Source: a virus (Duplodnaviria; Caudoviricetes). Taken from it: 64,000 nt of DNA. Position 1 is the first letter of the stretch. Each line of letters begins with the position of its first letter. The notes beneath the pieces were generated by a model. That model saw nothing but the letters and a program-made list of their open reading frames with translations, was not told the DNA's origin and made no database searches. Shown piece by piece: positions 1 through 7,258 of this stretch. Both the position numbers and the translations under genes were made by a program. The stretch spans positions 1-64,000 of IMG/VR virus record IMGVR_UViG_3300032236_001631, one strand, 5' to 3'.

Positions 1-21
1 ACATTCTTTGGTATTTCCATA

Positions 22-252
22 TTAATTTTCTTCCATAGCACTGTACATATCTCCATACAGTTCTTCATCTTCTTCTCTTACATCCCTTTCGCAAGCTTCT
101 GCAAACCATTTAGGAACCTTTACTGACTTTACATTCTCATGTAACCAACAGACATAGCTTGGATCAATATCAGAGACTTCCTCTAAAGTCTTTCCTTTAT
201 ACTTTCCAAAGTCTAAAACTGTATCAAGTACATTCATTGAGAGATTTTTCAT
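22..252 (-). CDS. DUF3820/exonuclease X C-terminal-like small protein
   Basis: LDFGKYKGKTLEEV...PSYVCWL motif; start moved to ATG 252, 7 nt after the repeat -10 box. Confidence 0.7.
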   Translation of the reverse strand: MKNLSMNVLDTVLDFGKYKGKTLEEVSDIDPSYVCWLHENVKSVKVPKWFAEACERDVREEDEELYGDMYSAMEEN

Positions 253-259
253 GATTCTT

Positions 260-288
260 ATTCTATATATTTTAGGAGGAAGTGTCAA
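260..288 (-). promoter_or_regulatory. Cassette repeat / sigma70-type early promoter
   Basis: TTGACA-17-TAGAAT. Confidence 0.85.
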
Positions 289-502
289 TAAGATTCTTCA
301 CCACAGCATCAAATCCACCTTGATTCTGGACAAACTCCCAAGCTTCCTTCCAAATCCAAATAGAAGTCTTATGGGGATTAGTGTTCCATTGAGGATGAAA
401 AATTAGACATCCATCATCATGATGAACTGCCCATTCATTGTTTTCACCAAAAGTCAAAACAGTTGGCAATTCTTTTGCTGCATTTGTATTTTCTGTGTTC
501 AT
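272..502 (-). CDS. Hypothetical protein, near-identical to 2887..3117
   Basis: 76 aa, ends IDTSS inside the repeat. Confidence 0.8.
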   Translation of the reverse strand: MNTENTNAAKELPTVLTFGENNEWAVHHDDGCLIFHPQWNTNPHKTSIWIWKEAWEFVQNQGGFDAVVKNLIDTSS

Positions 503-514
503 AATTGTTTATGT

Positions 515-542
515 ATTCTATATTATTTGAGTTAGATGTCAA
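515..542 (-). promoter_or_regulatory. Divergent early promoter
   Basis: TTGACA-16-TAGAAT with a non-repeat spacer. Confidence 0.6.
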
Positions 543-543
543 G

Positions 544-580
544 AAAAAAAAGACTCTTCCAATTAAGAAAGATTCTTTTA
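544..580 (-). terminator. Probable intrinsic terminator
   Basis: Imperfect hairpin aagaatctttct-taatt-ggaagagtctt followed by a T-run on the minus strand, downstream of 607..900. Confidence 0.55.
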
Positions 581-606
581 AATGTTTGAATTATTAATAG
601 AGATAT

Positions 607-900
607 TTATATGCCATATGGATTTTTTGGATCAGGATTAAGACCTTTAGGCTTTGTATCTGTTAACCCATGCAATTCACCAAGATCATCTGGCCAATCA
701 TCTCTTTCAAAATAATTTATATAAATTGAACCATCTTTATTCTTTTTTAACTCTCCAATAGGTCCTTCATCCTTACAATAACCTGTACAGTAGACTTTAC
801 CATCTTTTAATATAAGATCAGATCCACATTTTGAACATTCCTCATCTTTTATATTAAATGGTTTGTTCAAAATACTCTCAACTAGCTTATCAAACTTCAT
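607..900 (-). CDS. Hypothetical Zn-ribbon protein
   Basis: CSKC...CTGYC; start MKFDKLVESIL lies after TAAATA (906-911) and a degenerate repeat (917-944). Confidence 0.65.
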   Translation of the reverse strand: MKFDKLVESILNKPFNIKDEECSKCGSDLILKDGKVYCTGYCKDEGPIGELKKNKDGSIYINYFERDDWPDDLGELHGLTDTKPKGLNPDPKNPYGI

Positions 901-1020
901 ATTATTATTTATCCTTATTATAAATATTTTAGAAGAGGTATCAAGAAAATAATTAAAAGGTATATTCAAATTGCCTTAAACTACTCATAATGGTTATTTT
1001 CTTTGCTCTCAATATACCTT

Positions 1021-1218
1021 TTAAAGTTTTTCATTAGGTAAAATCTGTGCTATTTCAAATAATGCCTCTCTAAGTTTGTTATTGACTCTATTCAGAGACC
1101 ATGCAAATTCTTCTGAAATATTTTCATTAAGAGCATGTCTTCTTATGTGTAAATCTAAATCCTTTTTAAGGTCTTCGATAAGTGTTTTACATTTTGTTGT
1201 TTCTACTTCGTATTTCAT
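1021..1218 (-). CDS. Hypothetical protein, internally deleted paralogue of 4861..5211
   Basis: Shares the N-terminal ~60 aa and the downstream DNA with 4861..5211. Confidence 0.7.
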   Translation of the reverse strand: MKYEVETTKCKTLIEDLKKDLDLHIRRHALNENISEEFAWSLNRVNNKLREALFEIAQILPNEKL

Positions 1219-1227
1219 GATTTTTAT

Positions 1228-1256
1228 TTTCTATATGCTTTAGGGGGACTTGTCAA
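1228..1256 (-). promoter_or_regulatory. Cassette repeat / promoter (variant)
   Basis: TTGACA-17-TAGAAA. Confidence 0.7.
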
Positions 1257-1490
1257 TTAAAATCCTATAGTTTTAATTTCCGAAACAGTACCACCCTTAG
1301 TATATTTCTGAACCACTATAAAGGTGTGTGTTGATTCTTTTATAATTCTAAAATTAGTTTCTGGAAAAAGATATGTATATTTAGCATAAGCATCTATAGC
1401 TTTTTGCAAATCATCATGTGAATGTTCTACAACCATCCAACCACTTTCAGTATATTTTTCGAGGTTATAATATTCTGTGTATTCTTTCAT
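1257..1490 (-). CDS. Hypothetical protein
   Basis: 77-aa ORF filling the space between two repeats. Confidence 0.75.
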   Translation of the reverse strand: MKEYTEYYNLEKYTESGWMVVEHSHDDLQKAIDAYAKYTYLFPETNFRIIKESTHTFIVVQKYTKGGTVSEIKTIGF

Positions 1491-1499
1491 GATTCTTAT

Positions 1500-1528
1500 A
1501 TTCTATATGCTTTAGGAGGAGGTGTCAA
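1500..1528 (-). promoter_or_regulatory. Cassette repeat / promoter
   Basis: Perfect consensus copy. Confidence 0.9.
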
Positions 1529-1721
1529 GTTTGTTTTTAATATGCTCCCAAATTCTTTCATGAACATAGAAGAGAACGATCTTAGCAAAGAAGTCAAAGA
1601 TTGATACACTTAATGAGACAAAAGGTTTTCCTGTAAAGAAATAACAGGCTAGAAAAGTAACCAAAGAGCCAAAGATCCTATAAGAGATAGCTTTGAGTAA
1701 TGATACAGTTCTAGTTTCCAT
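1512..1721 (-). CDS. DUF2061-family small membrane protein
   Basis: SLLKAISYRIFGSLVT...KIVLFYVHERIW; ends LDTSS. Confidence 0.8.
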   Translation of the reverse strand: METRTVSLLKAISYRIFGSLVTFLACYFFTGKPFVSLSVSIFDFFAKIVLFYVHERIWEHIKNKLDTSS

Positions 1722-1743
1722 ATACTTTAGGAGGAGGTGTCAA
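1715..1743 (-). repeat. Cassette repeat with the -10 box replaced by the start of the next gene
   Basis: TTGACAcctcctcctaaagtatATGGAA. Confidence 0.8.
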
Positions 1744-2032
1744 GCTTCTTCTTCATCTCATCCCTCTCCTTAAGATACTTCAAACAGATTTGAGGAACAA
1801 ACCTACCAAGATCCTCTACTTCAGCATTCAAGTTAATATAATCAGAGACTTCATTCCACTGATTCATAACCTTTAGAGCTTCTTCTTTCCATTTCTTTAA
1901 TTCATTTAACTCAATCTCTAAATCTTGAGCAAATGATGCATAAACCCATTCTGTTGCATAAGCCTTACCATCAAGTTTATTTGAATAGGTTACAAACTTA
2001 TCAGCTGCATCTGTTCTTGGTGTCTTATACAT
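1727..2032 (-). CDS. Hypothetical protein (KTPRTDA motif)
   Basis: Shares KTPRTDA...FAQDLEIELNE with 3151..3588; ends LDTSS. Confidence 0.75.
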   Translation of the reverse strand: MYKTPRTDAADKFVTYSNKLDGKAYATEWVYASFAQDLEIELNELKKWKEEALKVMNQWNEVSDYINLNAEVEDLGRFVPQICLKYLKERDEMKKKLDTSS

Positions 2033-2038
2033 GTAATT

Positions 2039-2374
2039 TTATGCACAATAATTCCTCTTAAATGGTTCTTTAATTCCCCACCTAATACAGAAATCATCTA
2101 ACTTATCAATTGGTATAGCATCCTTTACTGATGCTCCATTACTAATAATAACATCAGCTAACTCTTCAGCAATCTCTATTAACTGTGTCCTTTGAATAAG
2201 TCTTTCTTTATTAGAGTCCATTAACTGATTAATCTCCCTCTCATCCTCTTGAGTTTTGACCCACAGAGCATCTCTTTCCAGCTTTACCTCTTCTAGCTCT
2301 TCAGCAGCATCCCTTAATTGACTGATCTCCCTAAATATATCAAACTCGAATTCATTCTCTTCAATATTATTCAT
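2039..2374 (-). CDS. Hypothetical coiled-coil protein
   Basis: ATG 6 nt after the repeat -10 box. Confidence 0.75.
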   Translation of the reverse strand: MNNIEENEFEFDIFREISQLRDAAEELEEVKLERDALWVKTQEDEREINQLMDSNKERLIQRTQLIEIAEELADVIISNGASVKDAIPIDKLDDFCIRWGIKEPFKRNYCA

Positions 2375-2380
2375 AATCTT

Positions 2381-2409
2381 ATTCTATATGCTTTAGGAGG
2401 AGGTGTCAA
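2381..2409 (-). promoter_or_regulatory. Cassette repeat / promoter
   Basis: Perfect consensus copy. Confidence 0.9.
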
Positions 2410-2678
2410 TCTATTTTACAAGAATCACAAGTACAATCAGTCCAAACAACATTTAGAATTTCATCTCCACCGTCTTTAAGATTTATAATGAAATCCATAG
2501 CTTCTTTTTCAGTCTTAAATTTTATAACTGGTAATACATTATCACCACTAGGCAAATAAAATTCTGGTATGCTTCTAAACATACATTCCCATTTATTAAA
2601 TAATCCTTGGTTAAGTTTTTGTTGTGGGTAATAATAACCACCAAGTTCTGCAATTCTATATACTATTTTTCTTTTCAT
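2406..2678 (-). CDS. Hypothetical protein
   Basis: 90 aa; stop is the TGA of TTGACA. Confidence 0.7.
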   Translation of the reverse strand: MKRKIVYRIAELGGYYYPQQKLNQGLFNKWECMFRSIPEFYLPSGDNVLPVIKFKTEKEAMDFIINLKDGGDEILNVVWTDCTCDSCKID

Positions 2679-2868
2679 TTTTCTTTTTAGTTTTAAGTTC
2701 TTTAAAGGAAGTTACACCATTCTGTTCGTATAATTCTTCAAGTCCTTCTTTAGCACCATCTACCATAGCTTTGAAAACTTCAAAGATAAATTGTGCTATC
2801 TTGAATAAAATTACAATGGCTATTGAACCAAAGACTATAATTTCGGATATATGTAGAAATGTATTCAT
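2656..2868 (-). CDS. Hypothetical membrane protein
   Basis: N-terminal hydrophobic segment; ATG 6 nt after -10. Confidence 0.7.
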   Translation of the reverse strand: MNTFLHISEIIVFGSIAIVILFKIAQFIFEVFKAMVDGAKEGLEELYEQNGVTSFKELKTKKKNEKKNSI

Positions 2869-2874
2869 TTTCTT

Positions 2875-2903
2875 ATTCTATATGCTTTAGGAGGAGGTGT
2901 CAA
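2875..2903 (-). promoter_or_regulatory. Cassette repeat / promoter
   Basis: Perfect consensus copy. Confidence 0.9.
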
Positions 2904-3117
2904 TAAGATTCTTCACCACAGCATCAAACCCACCTTGATTCTGGACAAATTCCCAAGCTTCCTTCCAAATCCAAATAGAAGTCTTATGGGGATTGGTGTT
3001 CCATTGAGGATGAAAAATTAGACATCCATCATCATGATGAACTGCCCATTCATTGTTTTCACCAAAAGTCAAAACCTTTGGTAATTCTTTTGCTGCATTT
3101 ATGTTTTCTGTATTCAT
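2887..3117 (-). CDS. Hypothetical protein, duplicate of 272..502
   Basis: Differs from 272..502 at 2 of 76 aa; ends IDTSS. Confidence 0.8.
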   Translation of the reverse strand: MNTENINAAKELPKVLTFGENNEWAVHHDDGCLIFHPQWNTNPHKTSIWIWKEAWEFVQNQGGFDAVVKNLIDTSS

Positions 3118-3125
3118 ATTTTTAT

Positions 3126-3154
3126 ATTCTATATGCTTTAGGAGGAGGTGTCAA
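3126..3154 (-). promoter_or_regulatory. Cassette repeat / promoter
   Basis: Perfect consensus copy. Confidence 0.9.
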
Positions 3155-3588
3155 GCTCTTTTATAACCAGTTTTTTTTATAATTAAATTTAACTTTGCAA
3201 GAGCTAGTTTTGATTCTTTACACCAATTCTGACTGATTTCATCACTCATAATATCAGCCAAAGTAATAGCTTCATTTAAAAGATTTCTTGTTTCATTCAA
3301 TTCAATCTCTAAATCTTGAGCAAATACAACTTCATCATCCCATGTAATATTTGTTCTATTAAAAAAAGCATCTGTTCTAGGAGTTTTGTTATGAATCATA
3401 TCCATAGCAACCTTATTATAATGCTCCTTCTCTTCTTCTGTTAAATTAGGTCTATTGGTCATATTCTTTTGTTCAAGCATAGTGTTTGTTTCATCTTTAT
3501 TGACTAATCCATATTTTACCAAATCATCAACCCATTCGTTAGCCAATGGCTTAATTAGTTTATTAAAATCTTCTGTATTCAGAAACAT
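3151..3588 (-). CDS. Hypothetical protein (KTPRTDA motif)
   Basis: 145 aa; stop within TTGACA. Confidence 0.75.
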   Translation of the reverse strand: MFLNTEDFNKLIKPLANEWVDDLVKYGLVNKDETNTMLEQKNMTNRPNLTEEEKEHYNKVAMDMIHNKTPRTDAFFNRTNITWDDEVVFAQDLEIELNETRNLLNEAITLADIMSDEISQNWCKESKLALAKLNLIIKKTGYKRA

Positions 3589-3596
3589 ATATTGTT

Positions 3597-3869
3597 TTAG
3601 TGAGAGGTGATATTTGTATCATAACTAGAGGATACAGAATCCGAACCAACAGCAAATAAAGTCTGTTGTTTAAACCAATGACTAGGTGAGTCAATGTTAC
3701 CTGTATTATGGAAATCTCTCGGATATTCAACAGGAAGATTATCAGAAGGAGTAACAGAATTAGGATGTACAAATCTTCTAGACATATTTTGCTCAATAAG
3801 TTGCTGATTCTGTTCTATAATCTTTTCTAAAAGTTTAATAATTTTGTTATTTTGTAATTTTGTATTCAT
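3597..3869 (-). CDS. Hypothetical protein
   Basis: N-terminus KIIKLLEKIIEQN resembles that of 5252..5470. Confidence 0.7.
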   Translation of the reverse strand: MNTKLQNNKIIKLLEKIIEQNQQLIEQNMSRRFVHPNSVTPSDNLPVEYPRDFHNTGNIDSPSHWFKQQTLFAVGSDSVSSSYDTNITSH

Positions 3870-3877
3870 AATCTTAC

Positions 3878-3906
3878 AGTCTATATGCTTTAGGAGGAGG
3901 TGTCAA
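3878..3906 (-). promoter_or_regulatory. Cassette repeat / promoter
   Basis: TTGACA-17-TAGACT. Confidence 0.85.
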
Positions 3907-4568
3907 GCATCATTATGATGATCTGGAGAACTTTGTGCTCTCTTTCTCATCTCTGCTCTTAGTTCTCCAAAGGTAATAGGACTTGGACAATTTTCAACAG
4001 AAACTTCATAATTGAGTCCTGTCTTTAGATATAGTCTCCCAAGTTCTGATCTATTAAGATTACCATGTACATGAGAAAAGATATGATATGCTCCCTTTCC
4101 ACTTCCATTCCAAGATAGAATAGGATAGTGGCTCATTACAATAGATTGTCCATTGATTGAAGTTTCCAAATAATTTGGAACAAAATGAACCTGCTTGTAT
4201 TCTGATGCAGAAGGTAGAAGAATATTATCCTGCACCTTTTCAATGAGTTGTTTGTATCCTGCTTGGTGATTACCAGACATGATATAAAGTTGATTGAAGT
4301 CTAGTCTACGAAAAAGGCTAATAAGTCTTTCATCAGCATTGTGACCGAAAATTGTATCACCAAGAAGAAACCCAATAGTACTAGCACCAGCTTTCTTATT
4401 CCAATTCATGATCAATCCTTCATCATGTTCAAAGGAACTATTATATCCTCTGGTCTTCCAGATAGGAACATCCCATTTTGGATCATGTCCATAGTGCATA
4501 CAGCCCCAAAACAGAACATCGTGATCGGTGCTTGTAATTTTTACAGATTTGTAAAAAAGATCCTTCAT
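3903..4568 (-). CDS. Calcineurin-like metallophosphoesterase
   Basis: Motifs CMHYGH, LLGD, GNH, SHYP, HVH. Confidence 0.8.
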   Translation of the reverse strand: MKDLFYKSVKITSTDHDVLFWGCMHYGHDPKWDVPIWKTRGYNSSFEHDEGLIMNWNKKAGASTIGFLLGDTIFGHNADERLISLFRRLDFNQLYIMSGNHQAGYKQLIEKVQDNILLPSASEYKQVHFVPNYLETSINGQSIVMSHYPILSWNGSGKGAYHIFSHVHGNLNRSELGRLYLKTGLNYEVSVENCPSPITFGELRAEMRKRAQSSPDHHNDA

Positions 4569-4574
4569 CACACT

Positions 4575-4603
4575 ATTCTATATGCTTTAGGAGGAGGTGT
4601 CAA
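4575..4603 (-). promoter_or_regulatory. Cassette repeat / promoter
   Basis: Perfect consensus copy. Confidence 0.9.
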
Positions 4604-4761
4604 TTAAATTCTCTTTCAAATTTTTTAATTTTATCTTCAAGGTCTTTAATTCTTTTTTCTAATTTATATTCTGCTCTAGAATCTATAAGAGCACTACCAA
4701 TACTCACAACAATATAGATACCAATAAACCAATAAATATATGGGATAAGTTGTTCATTCAT
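4600..4761 (-). CDS. 53-aa membrane/coiled-coil protein (not in ORF track)
   Basis: MNEQLIPYIYWFIGIYIVVSIGSAL...EREFN; exactly fills one repeat-bounded cassette. Confidence 0.7.
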   Translation of the reverse strand: MNEQLIPYIYWFIGIYIVVSIGSALIDSRAEYKLEKRIKDLEDKIKKFEREFN

Positions 4762-4767
4762 AATCTT

Positions 4768-4796
4768 ATTCTATATGCTTTAGGAGGAGGTGTCAA
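4768..4796 (-). promoter_or_regulatory. Cassette repeat / promoter
   Basis: Perfect consensus copy. Confidence 0.9.
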
Positions 4797-4860
4797 GAAA
4801 ATAATTAAAAGGTATATTCAAAATGCATTAAACTACTCATAATGGTTGTTTTCTTTGCTC

Positions 4861-5211
4861 TCAATATACCTTTTTCCAAGTTGTTTTTGTTTCTGTAATC
4901 TTCTTATATCTGATTCCCTTTATGACAAGCTCTTCAATATCTCCAGAAAGATTATCTAGGTTATCGAAAATGTCTGACTCTGTTTCTTTTTGTTTCCCAA
5001 GAAATCTTCCATATATATCTGGCTCACTGGGTAGAATTTGTGCTATTTCAAATAAAGCACCTCTAAGCTTATCATTAACTCTATTGAGAGACCATGCAAA
5101 TTCTTCTGAAATGTTTTTATTAAAAGAATGTCTTATTATATGCCAATCTAAATCCTTTTTAAGACTCTCAATAAGGGTTGTGCATTTTGTTGTTTCTACT
5201 TCGTATTTCAT
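4861..5211 (-). CDS. Hypothetical protein, full-length paralogue of 1021..1218
   Basis: 116 aa; ATG 6 nt after -10. Confidence 0.75.
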   Translation of the reverse strand: MKYEVETTKCTTLIESLKKDLDWHIIRHSFNKNISEEFAWSLNRVNDKLRGALFEIAQILPSEPDIYGRFLGKQKETESDIFDNLDNLSGDIEELVIKGIRYKKITETKTTWKKVY

Positions 5212-5217
5212 AATCTT

Positions 5218-5246
5218 ATTCTATATGCTTTAGGAGGAGATGTCAA
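5218..5246 (-). promoter_or_regulatory. Cassette repeat / promoter
   Basis: One mismatch to consensus. Confidence 0.9.
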
Positions 5247-5251
5247 GAGAA

Positions 5252-5470
5252 TTAACCATACCATTCTCTATCTGGTAAAGATTCTGAACTTACTTTACAA
5301 TCTGGTCCTTTATATGGAACATAAGGAATGTCTTTTCCAAAATGAGGGTCAATGTTTGGAGGTACTGGAACAGTTGGAAGAGTTCTCCAAATGTTTTGAT
5401 TCTTTATAATCTCTTCATTCTGCTTTACAATCATTTCAAGCAATTGAATAATCTTTTCTTTTTTCTTCAT
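5252..5470 (-). CDS. Hypothetical protein
   Basis: 72 aa, tightly packed operon. Confidence 0.7.
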   Translation of the reverse strand: MKKKEKIIQLLEMIVKQNEEIIKNQNIWRTLPTVPVPPNIDPHFGKDIPYVPYKGPDCKVSSESLPDREWYG

Positions 5471-5471
5471 A

Positions 5472-5735
5472 TTAATTTCTAGGATCAGTCCAACTTTGAA
5501 TAGGATAAGGTGTATTGAGAATCATTTCAACAAAAGCTTTTCCTTTTTCAGTGAGTGTAAGTTGATCAGCATCAGAATCATGTTCAGCAAATCTTACTAG
5601 GATATGATCTTTTAGTAATTGACTAGCAGCATCATATTCTGCACTATTCCATCTGTTGATCATATACCTTGGATGGTAATGTGCTTTGAGAACAATCTCA
5701 ATCTTTAATGGGCTGTGTAGGTTTCTTTTAATCAT
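5472..5735 (-). CDS. Hypothetical protein
   Basis: Start reassigned to MIKRNL next to the upstream stop. Confidence 0.65.
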   Translation of the reverse strand: MIKRNLHSPLKIEIVLKAHYHPRYMINRWNSAEYDAASQLLKDHILVRFAEHDSDADQLTLTEKGKAFVEMILNTPYPIQSWTDPRN

Positions 5736-5736
5736 A

Positions 5737-6042
5737 TTAGTCTTTGTTAAAGTCATTAAAGATAGCTTTCCATTCATTTAGGATATACTCTCTAATTGGA
5801 TTGTCTTGGTACATTACATCTATATCTTTTACAATTCTATCAAAGCTTTTTACTAATTGCTCTCCTCTTTTCTTATAAAGATTTGCTACATCCTCCCAAT
5901 CAATATGTTCATTTGGTACTGGAATTACCATATCTTTATTGCAATGAACACAAGTACAATGAACTCTCTGTCCTATAACAGGTGCAAACTCTAAAGTATC
6001 TTCATTGAGGAATGGATTAGCAAAAATTGTTTTGTGTTTCAT
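5737..6042 (-). CDS. Hypothetical protein
   Basis: 101 aa with CVHC; ATGA overlap with the upstream gene. Confidence 0.7.
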   Translation of the reverse strand: MKHKTIFANPFLNEDTLEFAPVIGQRVHCTCVHCNKDMVIPVPNEHIDWEDVANLYKKRGEQLVKSFDRIVKDIDVMYQDNPIREYILNEWKAIFNDFNKD

Positions 6043-6356
6043 GCTATTTGTCCTTTCTCTTTGTAATAGTCATAAGCATCATTATAGCCATTCTCGTAAG
6101 CTTTAAGAGCAGCTTTATCCTTAATTTGTTCAATCTTCTGATTAAAGATTCTCAAAAGAAAATCAACAAAGACCTGTGCAGACTCATATGTATCTCCTTC
6201 AAACTTTAATTTGTCTTCATTAAAGTCTAACTTACCAAGTTCTTTATGTTCTTTGTTAAAGAATTGAATAGTATGATTAGGTTCAAAAAGAGATAGAGAA
6301 TTATCAGTACAGATAACTTTATCCCAATTAGATTTATCTATTTTTAGATATTCCAT
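6039..6356 (-). CDS. Hypothetical protein
   Basis: 105 aa, packed operon. Confidence 0.7.
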   Translation of the reverse strand: MEYLKIDKSNWDKVICTDNSLSLFEPNHTIQFFNKEHKELGKLDFNEDKLKFEGDTYESAQVFVDFLLRIFNQKIEQIKDKAALKAYENGYNDAYDYYKEKGQIA

Positions 6357-6357
6357 A

Positions 6358-6636
6358 TTAATTTACAGCCTTCTCTGTTGTCTCATTATAAGCAAATTTT
6401 TCCATCTGCTTAATATATCTCAAAGCTGTCTGATGTCTAGTCTCATTTTCAAAACAACTAGAAACATTTAGAATTAGCTCATAGTAAAGCTCAGAAAGTT
6501 TTTCATACTTCTTTCTATTAACAACACTATCAAATGCTTCTACATTATGCATCTCCATCCAATTGTATAGCATTTTAGCAGCAGCAATGATCTCTGGTGG
6601 TACATCATTTACAGGTAGATAAATATCTTTGCTCAT
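6358..6636 (-). CDS. Hypothetical protein
   Basis: 92 aa; contains the HQTALRYIK motif seen in small phage proteins. Confidence 0.7.
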   Translation of the reverse strand: MSKDIYLPVNDVPPEIIAAAKMLYNWMEMHNVEAFDSVVNRKKYEKLSELYYELILNVSSCFENETRHQTALRYIKQMEKFAYNETTEKAVN

Positions 6637-6854
6637 AAATTGAATGCCTCATTAACCCTCTCTTCAAACTTCTTAACAGCTGGAAGGATAATTTGATTTG
6701 TTGTGAAGTCATTTGTCTTAAGCTCTCTTGCTATAACACTTCCAAACTCTAATGCTGCTAGGTTAACTTTATTTCTAATAACAGAAAGCTCATCATGTTC
6801 TTCTAGTCCAGTTAGAACTTCTTTTAGGAAATTTTTAATCTCTTCTCTTTTCAT
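6633..6854 (-). CDS. Hypothetical protein
   Basis: Start MKREEIK directly after the YopX stop. Confidence 0.65.
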   Translation of the reverse strand: MKREEIKNFLKEVLTGLEEHDELSVIRNKVNLAALEFGSVIARELKTNDFTTNQIILPAVKKFEERVNEAFNL

Positions 6855-6855
6855 A

Positions 6856-7257
6856 TTAAATCTTCTCCTTTTCGAATACATTACCAATTACTTCACAGTC
6901 ATCAACAACTGTTCTCCAAATATCTGGAATGAAGCAACCAGTAACAAACTTCACCTCATCAACTCTATAATTCTCCCTATGAAGACTATTTGTTGTCCAT
7001 CCTACTGGAATTGGATATTTGATAATGTCTCCTTCATAAATTTCTGTTCCTCCTTTATCTTTCATTCCAGTATATTGCTGAATAAAAGGCTGTTCATAAG
7101 CATCAAATACAGGTTCCCATGTTGGATCTTCTTTAGTACCATAGTTCTCATAAACAGTACCATTCAAACTAAGCATAAGATCCTCATCCTTATAGATCAT
7201 TTGCTTTGTCCCTTGTTGATCTGTATAACAAACTCTAAATTTGAATTCTCTTTTCAT
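6856..7257 (-). CDS. YopX-family protein
   Basis: MKREFKFRV...QYTGMKDKGGTEIYEGDII...EVIGNVFE. Confidence 0.9.
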   Translation of the reverse strand: MKREFKFRVCYTDQQGTKQMIYKDEDLMLSLNGTVYENYGTKEDPTWEPVFDAYEQPFIQQYTGMKDKGGTEIYEGDIIKYPIPVGWTTNSLHRENYRVDEVKFVTGCFIPDIWRTVVDDCEVIGNVFEKEKI

Positions 7258-7258
7258 A

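Noticed and set aside
272-3117. Diversity-generating retroelement template/variable repeat pair
   Set aside because: The duplicate covers a whole gene, differences are few and not confined to adenines, and no reverse transcriptase is present.
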